A stretch of DNA of 59,602 bases, filler included, from Stramenopiles sp. TOSAG23-6 (lineage: Eukaryota): the NCBI GenBank assembly GCA_900128565.1. It is 10 parts of 10 records of this genome, joined end to end, with 100 filler letters (N's around TTAATTAATTAA, not from the genome) between each part and the next. Parts side by side here need not be neighbours in the genome. Positions count along the whole stretch, not along the records: positions 1 to 5,892 come from LT636806.1; positions 5,993 to 11,882 come from LT636807.1; 8 more parts are not named here. One strand, 5' to 3'. A program made the position numbers and the translations under genes. The notes below the pieces were generated by a model, which worked only from the letters and a program-made list of their open reading frames with translations, was not told the DNA's origin and made no database searches. Positions 1-11,982 of this stretch are shown piece by piece (the stretch's first letter is position 1; every line of letters starts with the position of its first letter).

Positions 1-90
1 TATTTCAAAAAAAAAACTAAAATTTGTTAGGTACAAAATTTCGTACGAAAAAATATTCGATTTTTTGTTAAAAAAAAAAATAAAACATAC
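1..90 (-). mobile_element. Introner-like intron, 3'-truncated by the contig end (copies at 11983-12072 and 17962-18051)
   Basis: Minus strand reads GAT|GTATGTTTTATTT...TTTCGTACGAAATTTTGTACCTAAC...TTGAAATA. Confidence 0.85.
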
Positions 91-690
91 ATCATATTCA
101 CTATTTTCAGCAAGTTCTTGCATAATCATTGAAACTAACCATCGACCACATCGTAATGCACCTAATAATGATATTTCGGCGACATTATTCCACACCATAC
201 CAGTCTTCGCATTACCTGTACGTTTGTGCGACTCTAACCATAAAGCTAAAGAGCCATTGGAATCAATTTTGCGTTTTGATTTCTTTTTTTTACCATAATA
301 GTCAGCTAATTGATCATATGAAGAAACCGAATCAAATTTGAACCATTTCTGCCAGGTTGTGAATGTTGTCAAGACAATAAAACCTTGTAACCAACCAGTG
401 TCTTTACAACGAACTAAATAGCCATTAATTGGATCATCAGTATTTAAGCGATCAGCAATGTAGTCTACACAAAGAGGTTTCTCAAAATGCATGGCTCTAG
501 GTTGTCGACGTAATTTACGACGACGTGATGCTTCCGTACAAAGCTCTAACATTTCCGGTATGCATGGGAAGCATTGCTGTCGCGAGGTCACTCGAAGAAG
601 AACTGAATTCTCCAACTTCGCGGTGCAATCTGGAACTTTGTAGAAGTTGTAAATTGCTTCTTTATTTCGATAACTTTTGTTAATAGGCAT
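91..690 (-). CDS. First exon of a conserved protist protein with a putative GNAT-like acetyltransferase region (partial; copies in contigs 3 and 4)
   Basis: Motifs KPLCVDYIADRLNTDDPINGY, GWLQGF..TTFTTW and AEISLLGALRCGRWL resemble a family I recall from stramenopile/haptophyte proteomes. The ORF is interrupted at EYD by the element. Start codon is uncertain. Confidence 0.55.
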
Positions 691-1096
691 TTTCAAAGTT
701 TCGTTATATATACATAATGGGTAAGGTCCCACTTATAAATGGAATCGTAACAACATCCCCATTTTCTATAATGCAAGGATAAATATTTGGAATATTTTTC
801 TGCCTCGATAGAATTTGCAACGACAATATTTTGGATACGATTCGCGGGAATTCGCGGGCTATAGATTCATATACAAATTTTCGTAGTTAAATTCTAATTT
901 CTAATTTATTTGGATATGACAGTTTTGTCCCAGGATTTCGTGGGGGAGTTTTTGCTGAATTTTTAACAGTCCAATCTTTCTCTCTACTACGTAATAAAGA
1001 TACTAAGTTTCTGAGATATCGTTGAATAAATAGATTANATCACACGCGATTACCTTAAGGTTGCGACTGTCAGATTGAATCAGTTGTGCGTGTAGA

Positions 1097-4000
1097 ATGT
1101 CAAGATCTAATATTCTTTCCCCTCGAGCAAATAGCTTACTCAATACAAACAGAACTTCAAGTTTTAGAAGTTCGAATGTGAAACAAAAACCTCTCTCAGC
1201 AGTAGGAGGGAAACTTGTCGTAGCTACAATGTCTGTCGCTCTAGAACGTGCACACAAAGAAATGGCCTTAATGAAAGCACAACTTGAATCTCAAACACGA
1301 AAAGCAAATCGCTTGGAAGAAGAAGTCGAAGCGAATCCTAGCGTTGTCACAAGACTTCGAAAGCAACTGAGAGCCAAGACTGTCGAACTAAATGGACTCT
1401 CTCGAACTCTTAAATCAACAGAACTAGAGGAAGCAGAGCGTCGGAATGAAATAATGAAATATTCATATCGTCTAAAGCAGACTAAAAAAAGTCTTGCTTC
1501 ATTTGAAAAAAAAAGTCAAAGACTTGAATCTCAAAGAAGAAACTTAATTTCAAGAAATTTGCGAAGCATGCTAAAAGGCACCATAGTTCGATGTTTTGAT
1601 GCTTGGAAACGCTGTACAGCAGAGAGTTCTCGTGAAGTGAAAATATTAAGAAAACTTCGTTCACGATTTTCCAAACATACTTGTGCTAGAGTATTCTATG
1701 CTCTACATCGAAAAGTACTAAGGAGAAAAGAGTTATACGACTTGTTATATTATAGGCTATGTGAAGCTAAAACAGCTTGGGTCAGTACTGCATTTAGAAA
1801 ATGGCATAAATTTGCTGATACTGCCACTCGAATAATAAAATTAATAATTAGTAGAATTCGTTCAAAAGAGGAAATGTGGCTTGCAATGGGTTTTCGTACA
1901 TGGTATTTACAATCTTCTGCGATTAAGTTTCATTTAGGAAAAGCTGAAAAACTTCGAAAACTTTTATTTGGTAAAATGGGCCGATCCGTAGCCGATCATT
2001 TAGGACTTGGTACAGGAACTAGATTTAGACAATGGATTTCATATGTAAGTAGACGTAGGCGTGCAAGAAGACATTGTCAAAAATTTGTTAGAGCTTATTA
2101 TCGCGAAAGTTATACATGGGCCTTTCGTAAAATAGAAAACAATTCTAGGGAAATCTCACATAAAAGAAAAAGGATGAAGAAATTAATAGTGAAATGGGAA
2201 TATAAACATTTATGGAGAGGTTTTTCTGGTTGGCTTAATAAGTGTAGAGATATTATAAATAGAAGAGCGTTTGTATTAAAAGTGTTGAAACGAATGACAA
2301 GGTCAAAACTTTCAGTAGGATTTCATACTTGGAATAATCGAAGCATTGATGTAACTAGCCAAAAACAATTTCTTCGAAAAACAATATCACGTATTACACA
2401 TTATAAAACAACTATAGGATTTCAAACATGGTATAAATATGCAAAAGAAGTTGAACGATCTAAAACTCTATTCAAAAAGGTCATGGCTCGTATTGTTAAA
2501 AATAGAATGTCCATTGGATACTATACTTGGAAACATCGTGTTGAAGAATTTAAATATACAAAAAAAATGTTAACTAGGATTGTTACAAGAATAGTAAAAT
2601 TAAGATTAGGCAAAGGATTCTACACGTTTCGCAGTAATGGGGAAGATGCTTTAAAAAAACGTGGAATATTGAAACGTGTAATGTCTCGTTTTACAAAATC
2701 TCATACTTTCAAAGTATTTTATACCTGGAAGAGTCATGCAAAAGATAAACAAAAACGAGAAAAACTGATAAAGCAAATAGTCGGACGTTTGACAAAGGTA
2801 AAGACATTTAAAGGGTTCTCAACGTGGAAACGTAATTTAGAAGATATCAAAAATCAGAAAAAACTTATTCGTAGAATCGTGGCAAGAATAACAAAGTCTA
2901 AAATCTCTAAAGGATTTTTTACATGGAATGATCGTATTGATCAAATTGTACAACAACAATTTGTTCTCGCTAGATTCTTTACACGAATGTGTAATGTTAA
3001 ACTTTCCAAGGGTTTTAAATCATGGAATCATAATGCAGCAGAGGTACATCGTAAAAGAAAAAAATTAAAGAATATTGCAATGCGTATGACGAATGGACGA
3101 TTATGTCGTATATTCTATTGTTGGCAAACTAATGTACGTACAATTGTAGAGACAAAAATATTTTTGAAACGTATTCTCGGAAGAATGGCAAATGCACGGC
3201 TCTCAGTTACATTCAATACATGGAAGAGTAACTTGGATGAAATGTGTAGTCAAAGGAAATTTCTTCGAATTTTAATTGCGCGTATTTGTCTATCTCGATT
3301 ACATCTAGGATTTAATTCATGGAATAACAATTTAATAGAAATGCATCGTGCCCGATTGAAGTTGAAAAATATACTTATACGTATGTCGAATGCAAAGTTA
3401 TCTAGCGCATACCACACATGGAAAACAAATGCTCGTCGAATAGCAAATATTTCAGCAATAATGCAGCGGACAGTAATACGTTTAAAGCAAGCTACTTACT
3501 CCAAGGGCTTTTATAACTGGCGTACTAATGCGGAGGAGAAGTATTTTACACAACAATCCTTATTGGGATTTTTATCTCGCATGTCACAATCTAAATTAAG
3601 AAGAGGATTTAATACTTGGAGTAGTAATGCAGCTGAAATGAGTAAGAGAATAAAATTAGTTCAACGTATTCTATCGCGTATGTCAAACAGACTGATAGCT
3701 AGAGGCTTTTCAGGATGGCGAAGATATAATTATTATGGTCGTCAAATATACAAAGCTTTGCTTTCTATTTCTAGCAAGTGGAGACAAAATAATCTATTAT
3801 CAGCATGGGGTAAGTGGCATAACTTTGCGATTCGTGTACACAATCGTTTACGTAGTATAATGACACGATGGTTTATTGCATTAAAAACAGATGCACTTCG
3901 AAGAGGATTTAGAATATGGGATAGTTATGTAAAGAATCAAGTATGTCGAGGTCGTTTGTTACATCGTTTATTAGATAGATCATTTAGATTCTATCTTCGA

Positions 4001-5892
4001 AAGACGATGTTTTTATGGAGAGAATCAATAGATGAAATGGAAAATAGAACAAAGAAATTACAAGCAAAGATTAGATGTATTCTCAATGATATTCTAGTGA
4101 GAACATTTGGTGGATGGAAACGATTTCGTATAGAAAGATTACGCGCAAGAGATATTACACGCAGGTATGTAACAAATTGGTGTCGATCACGACTTATAAT
4201 TTCAATGGAAAAGTGGCTAAGTGTTGTACACCATACCCAAATTTTGGAAATGAATAAAGAAGAAAAGCGCAAAAACGCAATGCTACAGCATGTTTTTNCT
4301 AATCACTATAAAATGAGATGCGAACGGTATACTTTACTACTTTGGCGCCGAGGTGCACGTACGCGTCGTGATAAAAGACGTGGGTTATTCATGATGGATT
4401 ATACAATGACGAAACATTTGATTTCTCATAGTTTTCATTTCTGGCAGGCAAGCTGTGTTGGAAGAATTCGAACTGCACGTTTGTTCAAAGGATGTGTAAA
4501 AAGATGGAGATTAAGAATGATGCGTTTTGCATGGCATATTCTTGTAGATCATGCAATTAAGAAGAAATCTGTCCAATTTCATTGCAAGTTAATCATGAAC
4601 CGCTGGAAAAGTAAGAACAAGGCAGCAGCAATGCGTAAATGGATACATTGTGCAAATACAGCATTGTATGCTGAACAATTAAAAACCAGACGGGAAGAAG
4701 TCACTCGGCGTTTGTTTCGTAATATGGTATACAGATGGAAGCATCAACATAAAACATCTGCAATTAATCAATGGAAAGCAGTTGTCAATAGTCAACGTCA
4801 GCGTGAGCGTGAAGCAGAACAAGTAAGAAGAAAATTCCAAGCCATGGCAATGCGTTGGAAACATCAATATAAAGCAACAGCAATGCGAAAATGGCATTTA
4901 GTAGTACAAGCAGAACATGATGAAGAACACAAAGCAGGTAAAACAAAACGAGCATTCCTTTCCATGTTGTGCCGATGGAAAAATCGCCATAAGGCTAGTG
5001 CAATTCGTCAATGGAAAGGTTTCATTGATGATGTACATAATGCTGAGACACGCGCAGATACAATCAAGCGTACCTTTAGAAATATGGTTGGTCGTTGGAA
5101 ACATAAACTCAAAGCTTGTGGTATACGCAAATGGATTGCATGTGTCGATGAAGAACGGAAATTAGAAAAGGAGCAAAAACACCATTCAGATAAAGTGCGT
5201 CATATAATGTCTAGTATGGCCATCCGATGGAAAAATCGTCACAAAATCGCTGCAATGCGTAAATGGACTGCAGTTAAATTACTAATGGAGAGAGCAACTC
5301 GGGTGATGCACTCTTTAATGTGTCGATGGAAACATCAACACGAAGCAGTAGGAATGAGGAAATGGATAATATTCATTAGAGATATTCACAAAGCAGAAGA
5401 GAAAAAAGCACGCGAAGAAGAACTTCGATTAGAGCATGCTAGTGCGACAAAGAGAACATTGCATTCTTTAGTATGTCGATGGAAACGTCGAAATGAAGCT
5501 AATGGTATGCGTGCGTGGAAGGAGAGTGTGAATGCACAGCAGAAAGAAGAAGAAGAAGCTGCTCGACATAAGGAAACTGCAAAACGTGTATTACATTCAA
5601 TGATGTGTCGTTGGAAACATCAGCATGAAGCAAATGCAATGCGTGCGTGGAAGGAAGTTGTGAATGTACAGCGGAAAATAGAAGAAGAAATCGCCCGGCA
5701 CAGGGAAACTGCCAAACGTGTATTGCATTCAATGATGTGCCGCTGGAGACATCAGCATGAAGCTAATGCTATGAGTTCATGGAAAGAACTTATAAATGTG
5801 TTGCGTTTAGAAGAACAACGCAGCGCAAATGAATTAAGTTTAGAAGAACAACGTAAAGCTTCAGCGAAACGTGTATTACATTCAATGATGTG
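1097..5892 (+). CDS. Sfi1-like (centrin-binding) tryptophan-repeat protein, over 1598 aa, 3'-truncated
   Basis: N-terminal coiled coil followed by dozens of about 33-aa basic repeats with L..GF..W or A.RKW cores; no introns; the ORF runs off the contig. Confidence 0.75.
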
Positions 5893-5992
5893 NNNNNNNN
5901 NNNNNNNNNNNNNNNNNNNNNNNNNNNNNNNNNNNNTTAATTAATTAANNNNNNNNNNNNNNNNNNNNNNNNNNNNNNNNNNNNNNNNNNNN
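5893..5992. other. Artificial contig spacer (N-run + TTAATTAATTAA + N-run); the same spacer recurs at 11883-11982, 17862-17961, 23841-23940, 29819-29918, 35786-35885, 41753-41852, 47712-47811, 53658-53757
   Basis: 100-nt blocks with a stop-in-all-frames linker; the intervening contigs fall monotonically in length from 5892 to 5845 nt. Confidence 0.97.
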
Positions 5993-5993
5993 A

Positions 5994-8831
5994 GCCATAC
6001 AAGCAGATCCAACACATGCAAATGCGCTAGCTAACAGAGGTGCCATTTTAGTATCCTTAAATAGACTTACAGAGGCACTTGAAAATTTAGACGCAGCTGT
6101 TGCAAATGATCCAAATCATGCGAATGCATTGATTAATCGTGGCTCAGTCTTGCGTGCGCTTGGCAGCAAAGAAGAAGCACTATCTAGTTATAACAAAGCT
6201 TTGAAATTAAATCCAGGTATATCACACGCATGGTACAATCGGGCTGTTGTATTACATAGTTTAGGGAGGGCTGAAGCAGCACTAGAAAATTATGATAAAA
6301 CTATTTCAATAGAGCCAAAACACATCAACGCATTTTATAATCGAGGTGTTCTACTACAAAGAGAGCTTTCGCGTTCTAAGGAAGCTTTAGATAGTCTAGA
6401 CCGTGCTAGAGGTCTTCTTGAATCTAACGAACAAGAAAGCAACCAAGTGAATCTTATGGCTGGCTTGTGGGGAGAGCGAGCTGTAACTCTGTATAGCCTC
6501 AATAGATTTAAGGAAGCTCTTGATTCGTGTGATAGTGCGATACATGCAGAACCTGCGGATGCGGCTGCGTTAACTAATAAAGGTTTGATTCTTACAGCAC
6601 TAAATCGACACACAGAGGCATTAGAAAGTCACGAGCGTGCTATTAAGTTAGATCCAAAGCATGCAAATGCGTGGTATAATCGAGGTACATTGTTAGAGAA
6701 CGCTAAACGCCTTGAAGAAGCTCGAGAATCTTATGAGAGAGCGACAAAAGCAGACCCTAGAATGAGCAAAGCCTGGGCAAATCTCAATGATTTGATCAAT
6801 AGAGAAACATCTACAGATTCACGAGAAAATACTACTGCAGACATAAATAAAATATCTCAAAAGATGAATGATTCACTCGGAACATACGAAGAAACTATGG
6901 TACAAAACCCTGAAGATCCAATACCATATATACGCCAAGGAGAAACCCTACAACGACTTGGTCGAATGGATGAAGCTTTAGCATCATACGAATCAGCATT
7001 AGTTTTATCACCGCAGCACCCGAGAGCATTAATGCGTCGCGCGGTGCTACGTAGTGATAGTGGTGACACAGACGATGCAGTAAATGATTTCATTGGTGCG
7101 TTGAGGTCTCAGAGAAATGTATTAGGTGAAAATATGAACCTATTGATTAGTGCTGTCCTCTGGAATGGTCGTACGAGTAAAGCAGAAAATACGATGAATC
7201 TAATAGGAACATTGGCACCAACACCTCTCATAGAACAAAATAAAAAAAATAGTAAAACGGTTTCATTGACAACGGGGTATTTTTGGCCTGGCCATTATCA
7301 ATTCAGAATGATGCATGGCTCGAAACTAATGGAAAGGAAAAGTGCTGCATCAAGGATTCGACAGAGATTGAAATCCTCATTAAGTGATAACACAGTTAAC
7401 TCTGCGTATGAAATGACTTCGCAGTGGTTTAAATATGGTAGCGCTTGTGGAGAACTGGGTCGGCAGTTTGGTAGTAAATTGAGATTATTGGATGCTCTCA
7501 GAGATGCACGAATTGCGCCTTTTGGTAGTGAATATTATCATCTTGTAAATTGGTGGGTTGGTGACAACTCTTCCTCAAAGGATACGCCCCAGAATGAATC
7601 TCCTTCTGTTATTCTCTCTGAACCAAACAGATCTGAGAGTTGGAGACTTGCAGGCTTCGGGCCTGATGCATTTGATTTCAACCCGCCTTCTTTTATACTT
7701 CCAGATGAACTCGTATCTTTTCAAGCATATGCTCGCCGTTGGCCTGAAGCTGTATGGATGATTAAAAATCCTGATGCCGATGCTGGTGAAGAAGCAGTGG
7801 CATTTGTAGAAAATTTAGATTCTCTTGTTTCCTTGTTTTCAGTTGATATAGGTTCAAATGAAGATCCAAGAGCAAGGAGAATGTCTCCACTCGATCGCTT
7901 CATGGGTGCTAAAGGAAAGACGCTAGTGATGCGATATATAGACAACCCTTTGCTTGTAGATGGTCGGAAAGCCGAATTTTCGGTAATGCTTGTCGTGGAG
8001 AATGCGGACCCATTGAGAGTTCACTTGTATCATCGACCAATTACAGCAAAGTTGTCAGCCTTAACATATGCGCCAGCATCTATTAGCGCACGATCTAGAC
8101 GCAGACATCGAGCTCACTTCCTGTCTACGTATGAAGTAGTTGATGCCGTCCGGATTGTTGAAGCTGTAGAAGCGCCACACAATCGTGGCCTTGTTGTGGG
8201 TTGGTCTGATGGAGGGGGTGGAGTCGGTGCATGGAACGAATTATGGGCTCAAATCGAAGCAATTGTGGCGAAGACAACACTAGCCGCAGTGGCTTCTGCC
8301 AGGAAGGCTCAAGAAATAACTAATCATAGAATGAAAAAGGTTAACGGTGGTGAAAGTAGTATGCATATAAGCTGTGAGCATTCAGTCTTCACAATGGACT
8401 TTTTGGTTGACAATAATTTACAACCTTGGCTCTTGTCTGTAAATCAAATGCCAAACTTTACACCTTCACCAGACTTATCACAGAAAAAATTTGCTGCAGA
8501 TTTGTTCAGTTGGATTGCTGATAAAGGTGAGAGAAATGATGAAGCTCGAAGTGTTCAAAACACATCTGGGATCTTACACTCCAACTTCAAGCAATTATGG
8601 CCACATGAAAATAATCCCTATGATAAAACATTGAATGAAACTAATAAAGAATCATCAAATTGGTGGACAAATGTCTATAAAGAACGAAGAAAAAAAGAAA
8701 TAGATCAAATTTCTGAAGAATTGGATCAATTGTCAAAGCTTAGTGAAGCAATTGCTGATGGTATTCAAATAGTGAAACCATCAGATGTAATTGACCTTGA
8801 GAATATACTGCATTTTAGTACAACTATATAA
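5994..8831 (+). CDS. TPR-repeat protein with a C-terminal tubulin-tyrosine-ligase-like (ATP-grasp) domain; 5'-truncated
   Basis: About 9 TPRs (AWYNRG..L...EAL..Y..A...DP), then WMIKNP, RYIDNPLLVDGRK, PLRVHLY and DFLVDNNLQPWLL.VN, which match TTL/TTLL motifs. Confidence 0.8.
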   Translation, partial: AIQADPTHANALANRGAILVSLNRLTEALENLDAAVANDPNHANALINRGSVLRALGSKEEALSSYNKALKLNPGISHAWYNRAVVLHSLGRAEAALENYDKTISIEPKHINAFYNRGVLLQRELSRSKEALDSLDRARGLLESNEQESNQVNLMAGLWGERAVTLYSLNRFKEALDSCDSAIHAEPADAAALTNKGLILTALNRHTEALESHERAIKLDPKHANAWYNRGTLLENAKRLEEARESYERATKADPRMSKAWANLNDLINRETSTDSRENTTADINKISQKMNDSLGTYEETMVQNPEDPIPYIRQGETLQRLGRMDEALASYESALVLSPQHPRALMRRAVLRSDSGDTDDAVNDFIGALRSQRNVLGENMNLLISAVLWNGRTSKAENTMNLIGTLAPTPLIEQNKKNSKTVSLTTGYFWPGHYQFRMMHGSKLMERKSAASRIRQRLKSSLSDNTVNSAYEMTSQWFKYGSACGELGRQFGSKLRLLDALRDARIAPFGSEYYHLVNWWVGDNSSSKDTPQNESPSVILSEPNRSESWRLAGFGPDAFDFNPPSFILPDELVSFQAYARRWPEAVWMIKNPDADAGEEAVAFVENLDSLVSLFSVDIGSNEDPRARRMSPLDRFMGAKGKTLVMRYIDNPLLVDGRKAEFSVMLVVENADPLRVHLYHRPITAKLSALTYAPASISARSRRRHRAHFLSTYEVVDAVRIVEAVEAPHNRGLVVGWSDGGGGVGAWNELWAQIEAIVAKTTLAAVASARKAQEITNHRMKKVNGGESSMHISCEHSVFTMDFLVDNNLQPWLLSVNQMPNFTPSPDLSQKKFAADLFSWIADKGERNDEARSVQNTSGILHSNFKQLWPHENNPYDKTLNETNKESSNWWTNVYKERRKKEIDQISEELDQLSKLSEAIADGIQIVKPSDVIDLENILHFSTTI

Positions 8832-9067
8832 AAAAACGAAATTAATTAGCTTATTAAAAAATAAAAGTATAAATTGGCACAAACATGTCTTTGATTAATA
8901 TTTGCGCACATAATATCAATAATATCGCCGATAAAATTTGAATTTTGAAATTCAAATTGGACGTACTACTATTACGTACTACTGTAGTACGTACCGGAGA
9001 CAGTAGTACGTAGTATTCCTCCTTCTTCTCTCGACGTAGAGACGCTCCTCCTTTTTGTCATCGTCAA

Positions 9068-11882
9068 ATGACCTTTCATTACAAGAGCATGAACTCAACA
9101 AATCTCATTTTCGTCGTATTTGCTTTTATGACAGGGCTTTGTCCTGTTATTGGTGCAAGTCATAAGAGAATCATATGGGCTCCTACGGATAAAAAAAAAG
9201 TGGATTTTAAGCAAGAACACCTCAATAAATGGAATAAAGTGAAAAACTTGGCGTCCTTTGCCGTCGATGATGTTTTAGAAGAAGATCAACAAGATGCGCG
9301 TGCCGATGATCAAAGTTCCCCCTGGATTTGCAGACTCGCAGATGCAAACATAACTTATAACGTAAAAAGAAATTTCTCGACGTTAGAGTGGAAATTATTT
9401 CCTATACCTCTAGATTTGGTTTCTTTATTGTCCCCCAATATGATTATTGTATTTAACTGTAATCCTAAAAATAGCAGTGATTTGACGATTACAAGGGTCA
9501 GGAAATCGATTGAAACATGGTATGATGAGGTTCTACAGGAGAGAGATGAAGCTAAGAAATATTCTTTCAAGTATTTTAAATTAAATTTCAAAGCAGCATT
9601 CATATCGGGACTCATTAAATTTTTGAAATGGAGGGTGGTTAATAACGACGAAAGTAATTGGATTGTTGGAACAATTAAAAACATAATATTATGTGCAATA
9701 TCAAGTTTATGTGATCAATTGCAATTTATTTTTAAAACGTTCAACTATCTCTGGGGCAAGTACGCTTTTAAAATTTAATTTATAAAATTTTTGTTTCGTA
9801 CCAAAATGTGTACCTAAGAAAAAATTTGAATTTCAAATATTTTTTCACGATACAGGATCAAGAAAATCTGGAACCGAAAGAAAATTTTGAAGGAGAGAGA
9901 GGAATCTTTTGCTACTTGGTTTTTAGGTGACCCAGTATTGACTGAACATTTAAACCTCGAAGATGTCGAGGAAGAAAATGATACTGGAGATTCTTCATCA
10001 TTTCTTGAATTAGAATCGTCTATTCAAGACACCTTATACACAAAGGAAGCTCAGATGTTGTTTCATGAAAACATGCAAAATGAATTTATTGACAAATTCT
10101 TTCAAGGCATAAAAGATGGTGTAGCTAAAATTGTTGAAGAGCAAAACAAATGGAATGCAAAACCTTCAATTGTAGTATCCCCATCTGAATCCACACTGAG
10201 AACTAAAGATATGAATTTTGGTAGTGAAATGAGATTTCGGTCAAAAACTACACCTGAAAATAGTTTTCGAAAAAGTTTTCGAAAAATCGATAATAAATCA
10301 TTTCAAAAGATTGATCCAAGGAAAAGCCCACTTCAAAAGATTGATACAAGTTCATATTCTCAGCGAGCTGCTACTGTTCACAGTGCAAAATCGAAATCTC
10401 GCTCCTTAATTAAACATTCCGAGGAACACTATGCCAAACAGAAAAAGGAAATAANNNNNNNNNNNNNNNNNNNNNNCAAAAGAGGATATTAAATGTCTTT
10501 GTAAGTCTTCAAAATTGAATTTCGATTTTTTTTTGTACTAAATTTTGTACCTAACAAATTTCGAATTTAAAATATTTTTTCATGATACTTGTGGTGCTAT
10601 GTGTGACAAGAAAGATAAAGTATGCATGCATGATTGCAAACAATTGTTTGGCCTTGGGTATAACATACAAATTCAATATCAGTTGCCAAATGTTTTAAAA
10701 GCTGTGTCAAATGCGTTAATTGTAATTGGTTCAGCAGGTGTAGCAGCAGTGAATATTCAAGAAATAAAAGAAGCGCTTATACCAAAGATTACAATTCATG
10801 TAGGAGCAAGTGTTCAAATGATGTACCAGATGACACAATCTATTATGAAAATTNNNNNNNNNNNNNNNNNNNNNNNNNNNNCATGTTCTCCACGAAAAAC
10901 TTTATAAACTAACTAGATTCAAAGCCTCAGTTGAATCTAACCATTGTTCTGGATTTTCGCATAGAAAAGCAGCAAAGATAATTGAATCGGAAAAACAAAC
11001 AAACTCCATGGTAAAAGATGTGTGCATTTTCATCATGAATTTTAAATTTATTTATTTTTGTACCAAATTTTGCATCTAACAAATTTCAAATATAAAATAT
11101 TGTAACACAGTACATTGGGGGTGATCTTCGAGCTCATCAATCTGTTGGCACTACTACCATTGTAAATGTTGGCGACATTTCCTCTTCAAAATCGCGTGGG
11201 GTGTGTGGTGAAACAGCCTCGAGCTATAAATNNNNNNNNNNNNNNNNNNNNNNNNNNNNNNNNNNNNNNNNNNNNNNNNNNNNNNNNNNNNNNNNNNNNN
11301 NNNNNNNNNNNNNNNNNNNNNNNNNNNNNNNNNNNNNNNNNNNNNNNNNNNNNNNNNNNNNNNNNNNNNNNNNNNNNNNNNNNNNNNNNNNNNNNNNNNG
11401 TGCTTTAAAATCTTTAGGGGGTGCAATATTAAAACTAGGAAAGTCCATCATGATGTGCCTTGGAAAATTATTTTGTTCCATTGTAGGTGCAATAGAACGT
11501 CGTTTAAAAAAGTTCATGAGGATACTCCCCGGATCTTCAGCTGCATCTACTTTTATCGAAACAGGATCTTCCGTAGAACAACACACCCGTCTGAATTCTG
11601 AGCAGCAAGCTCTGATGTACACTTACATTGAGAACAATTTGTGCTTTAAAATCTTTAGGGGGTGCAATATTAAAACTAGGAAAGTCCATCATGATGTGCC
11701 TTGGAAAATTATTTTGTTCCATTGTAGGTGCAATAGAACGTCGTTTAAAAAAGTTCATGAGGATACTCCCCGGATCTTCAGCTGCATCTACTTTTATCGA
11801 AACAGGATCTTCCGTAGAACAACACACCCGTCTGAATTCTGAGCAGCAAGCTCTGATGTACACTTACATTGAGAACAATTTG
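9068..11882 (+). CDS. Multi-exon putative secreted protein of unknown function (gapped, 3'-truncated)
   Basis: Hydrophobic N-terminus (LIFVVFAFMTGLCPVIGA). ORF pieces join in frame across introns 9760-9855, 10501-10590 and about 11020-11110. Confidence 0.55.
9760..9855 (+). mobile_element. Introner-family intron ending in canonical AG
   Basis: AA|GTACGCTTTT...TTTCGTACCAAAATGTGTACCTAAG...TTCACGATAC-AG|; joins WGK-IKKIWN in frame. Confidence 0.75.
10501..10590 (+). mobile_element. Introner-family intron, GT...TT with TT direct repeat
   Basis: TT|GTAAGTC...TTTTGTACCTAAC...CATGATAC-TT|; removal gives KCLCGAMCD, while read-through hits TAA. Confidence 0.75.
11020..11110 (+). mobile_element. Degenerate introner-family intron (boundaries ambiguous)
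   Basis: Core TTTGTACCAAATTTTGCATCTAAC; both 11020-11110 (GT-AG) and 11022-11115 (GT-AT) keep the frame. Confidence 0.55.
11400..11881 (+). repeat. Exact 241-bp tandem duplication next to a gap (probable assembly artefact)
   Basis: 11400-11640 is repeated at 11641-11881; the length is not a multiple of 3. Confidence 0.8.
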
Positions 11883-11982
11883 NNNNNNNNNNNNNNNNNN
11901 NNNNNNNNNNNNNNNNNNNNNNNNNNTTAATTAATTAANNNNNNNNNNNNNNNNNNNNNNNNNNNNNNNNNNNNNNNNNNNN

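Noticed and set aside
5937-5948. TTAATTAATTAA as a piggyBac TTAA site or biological motif
   Set aside because: It is always centred in a 100-nt N spacer, so it is a concatenation linker.
11400-11881. Biological exon duplication
   Set aside because: It is an exact, frame-breaking copy lying between a gap and the contig end, which indicates an artefact.
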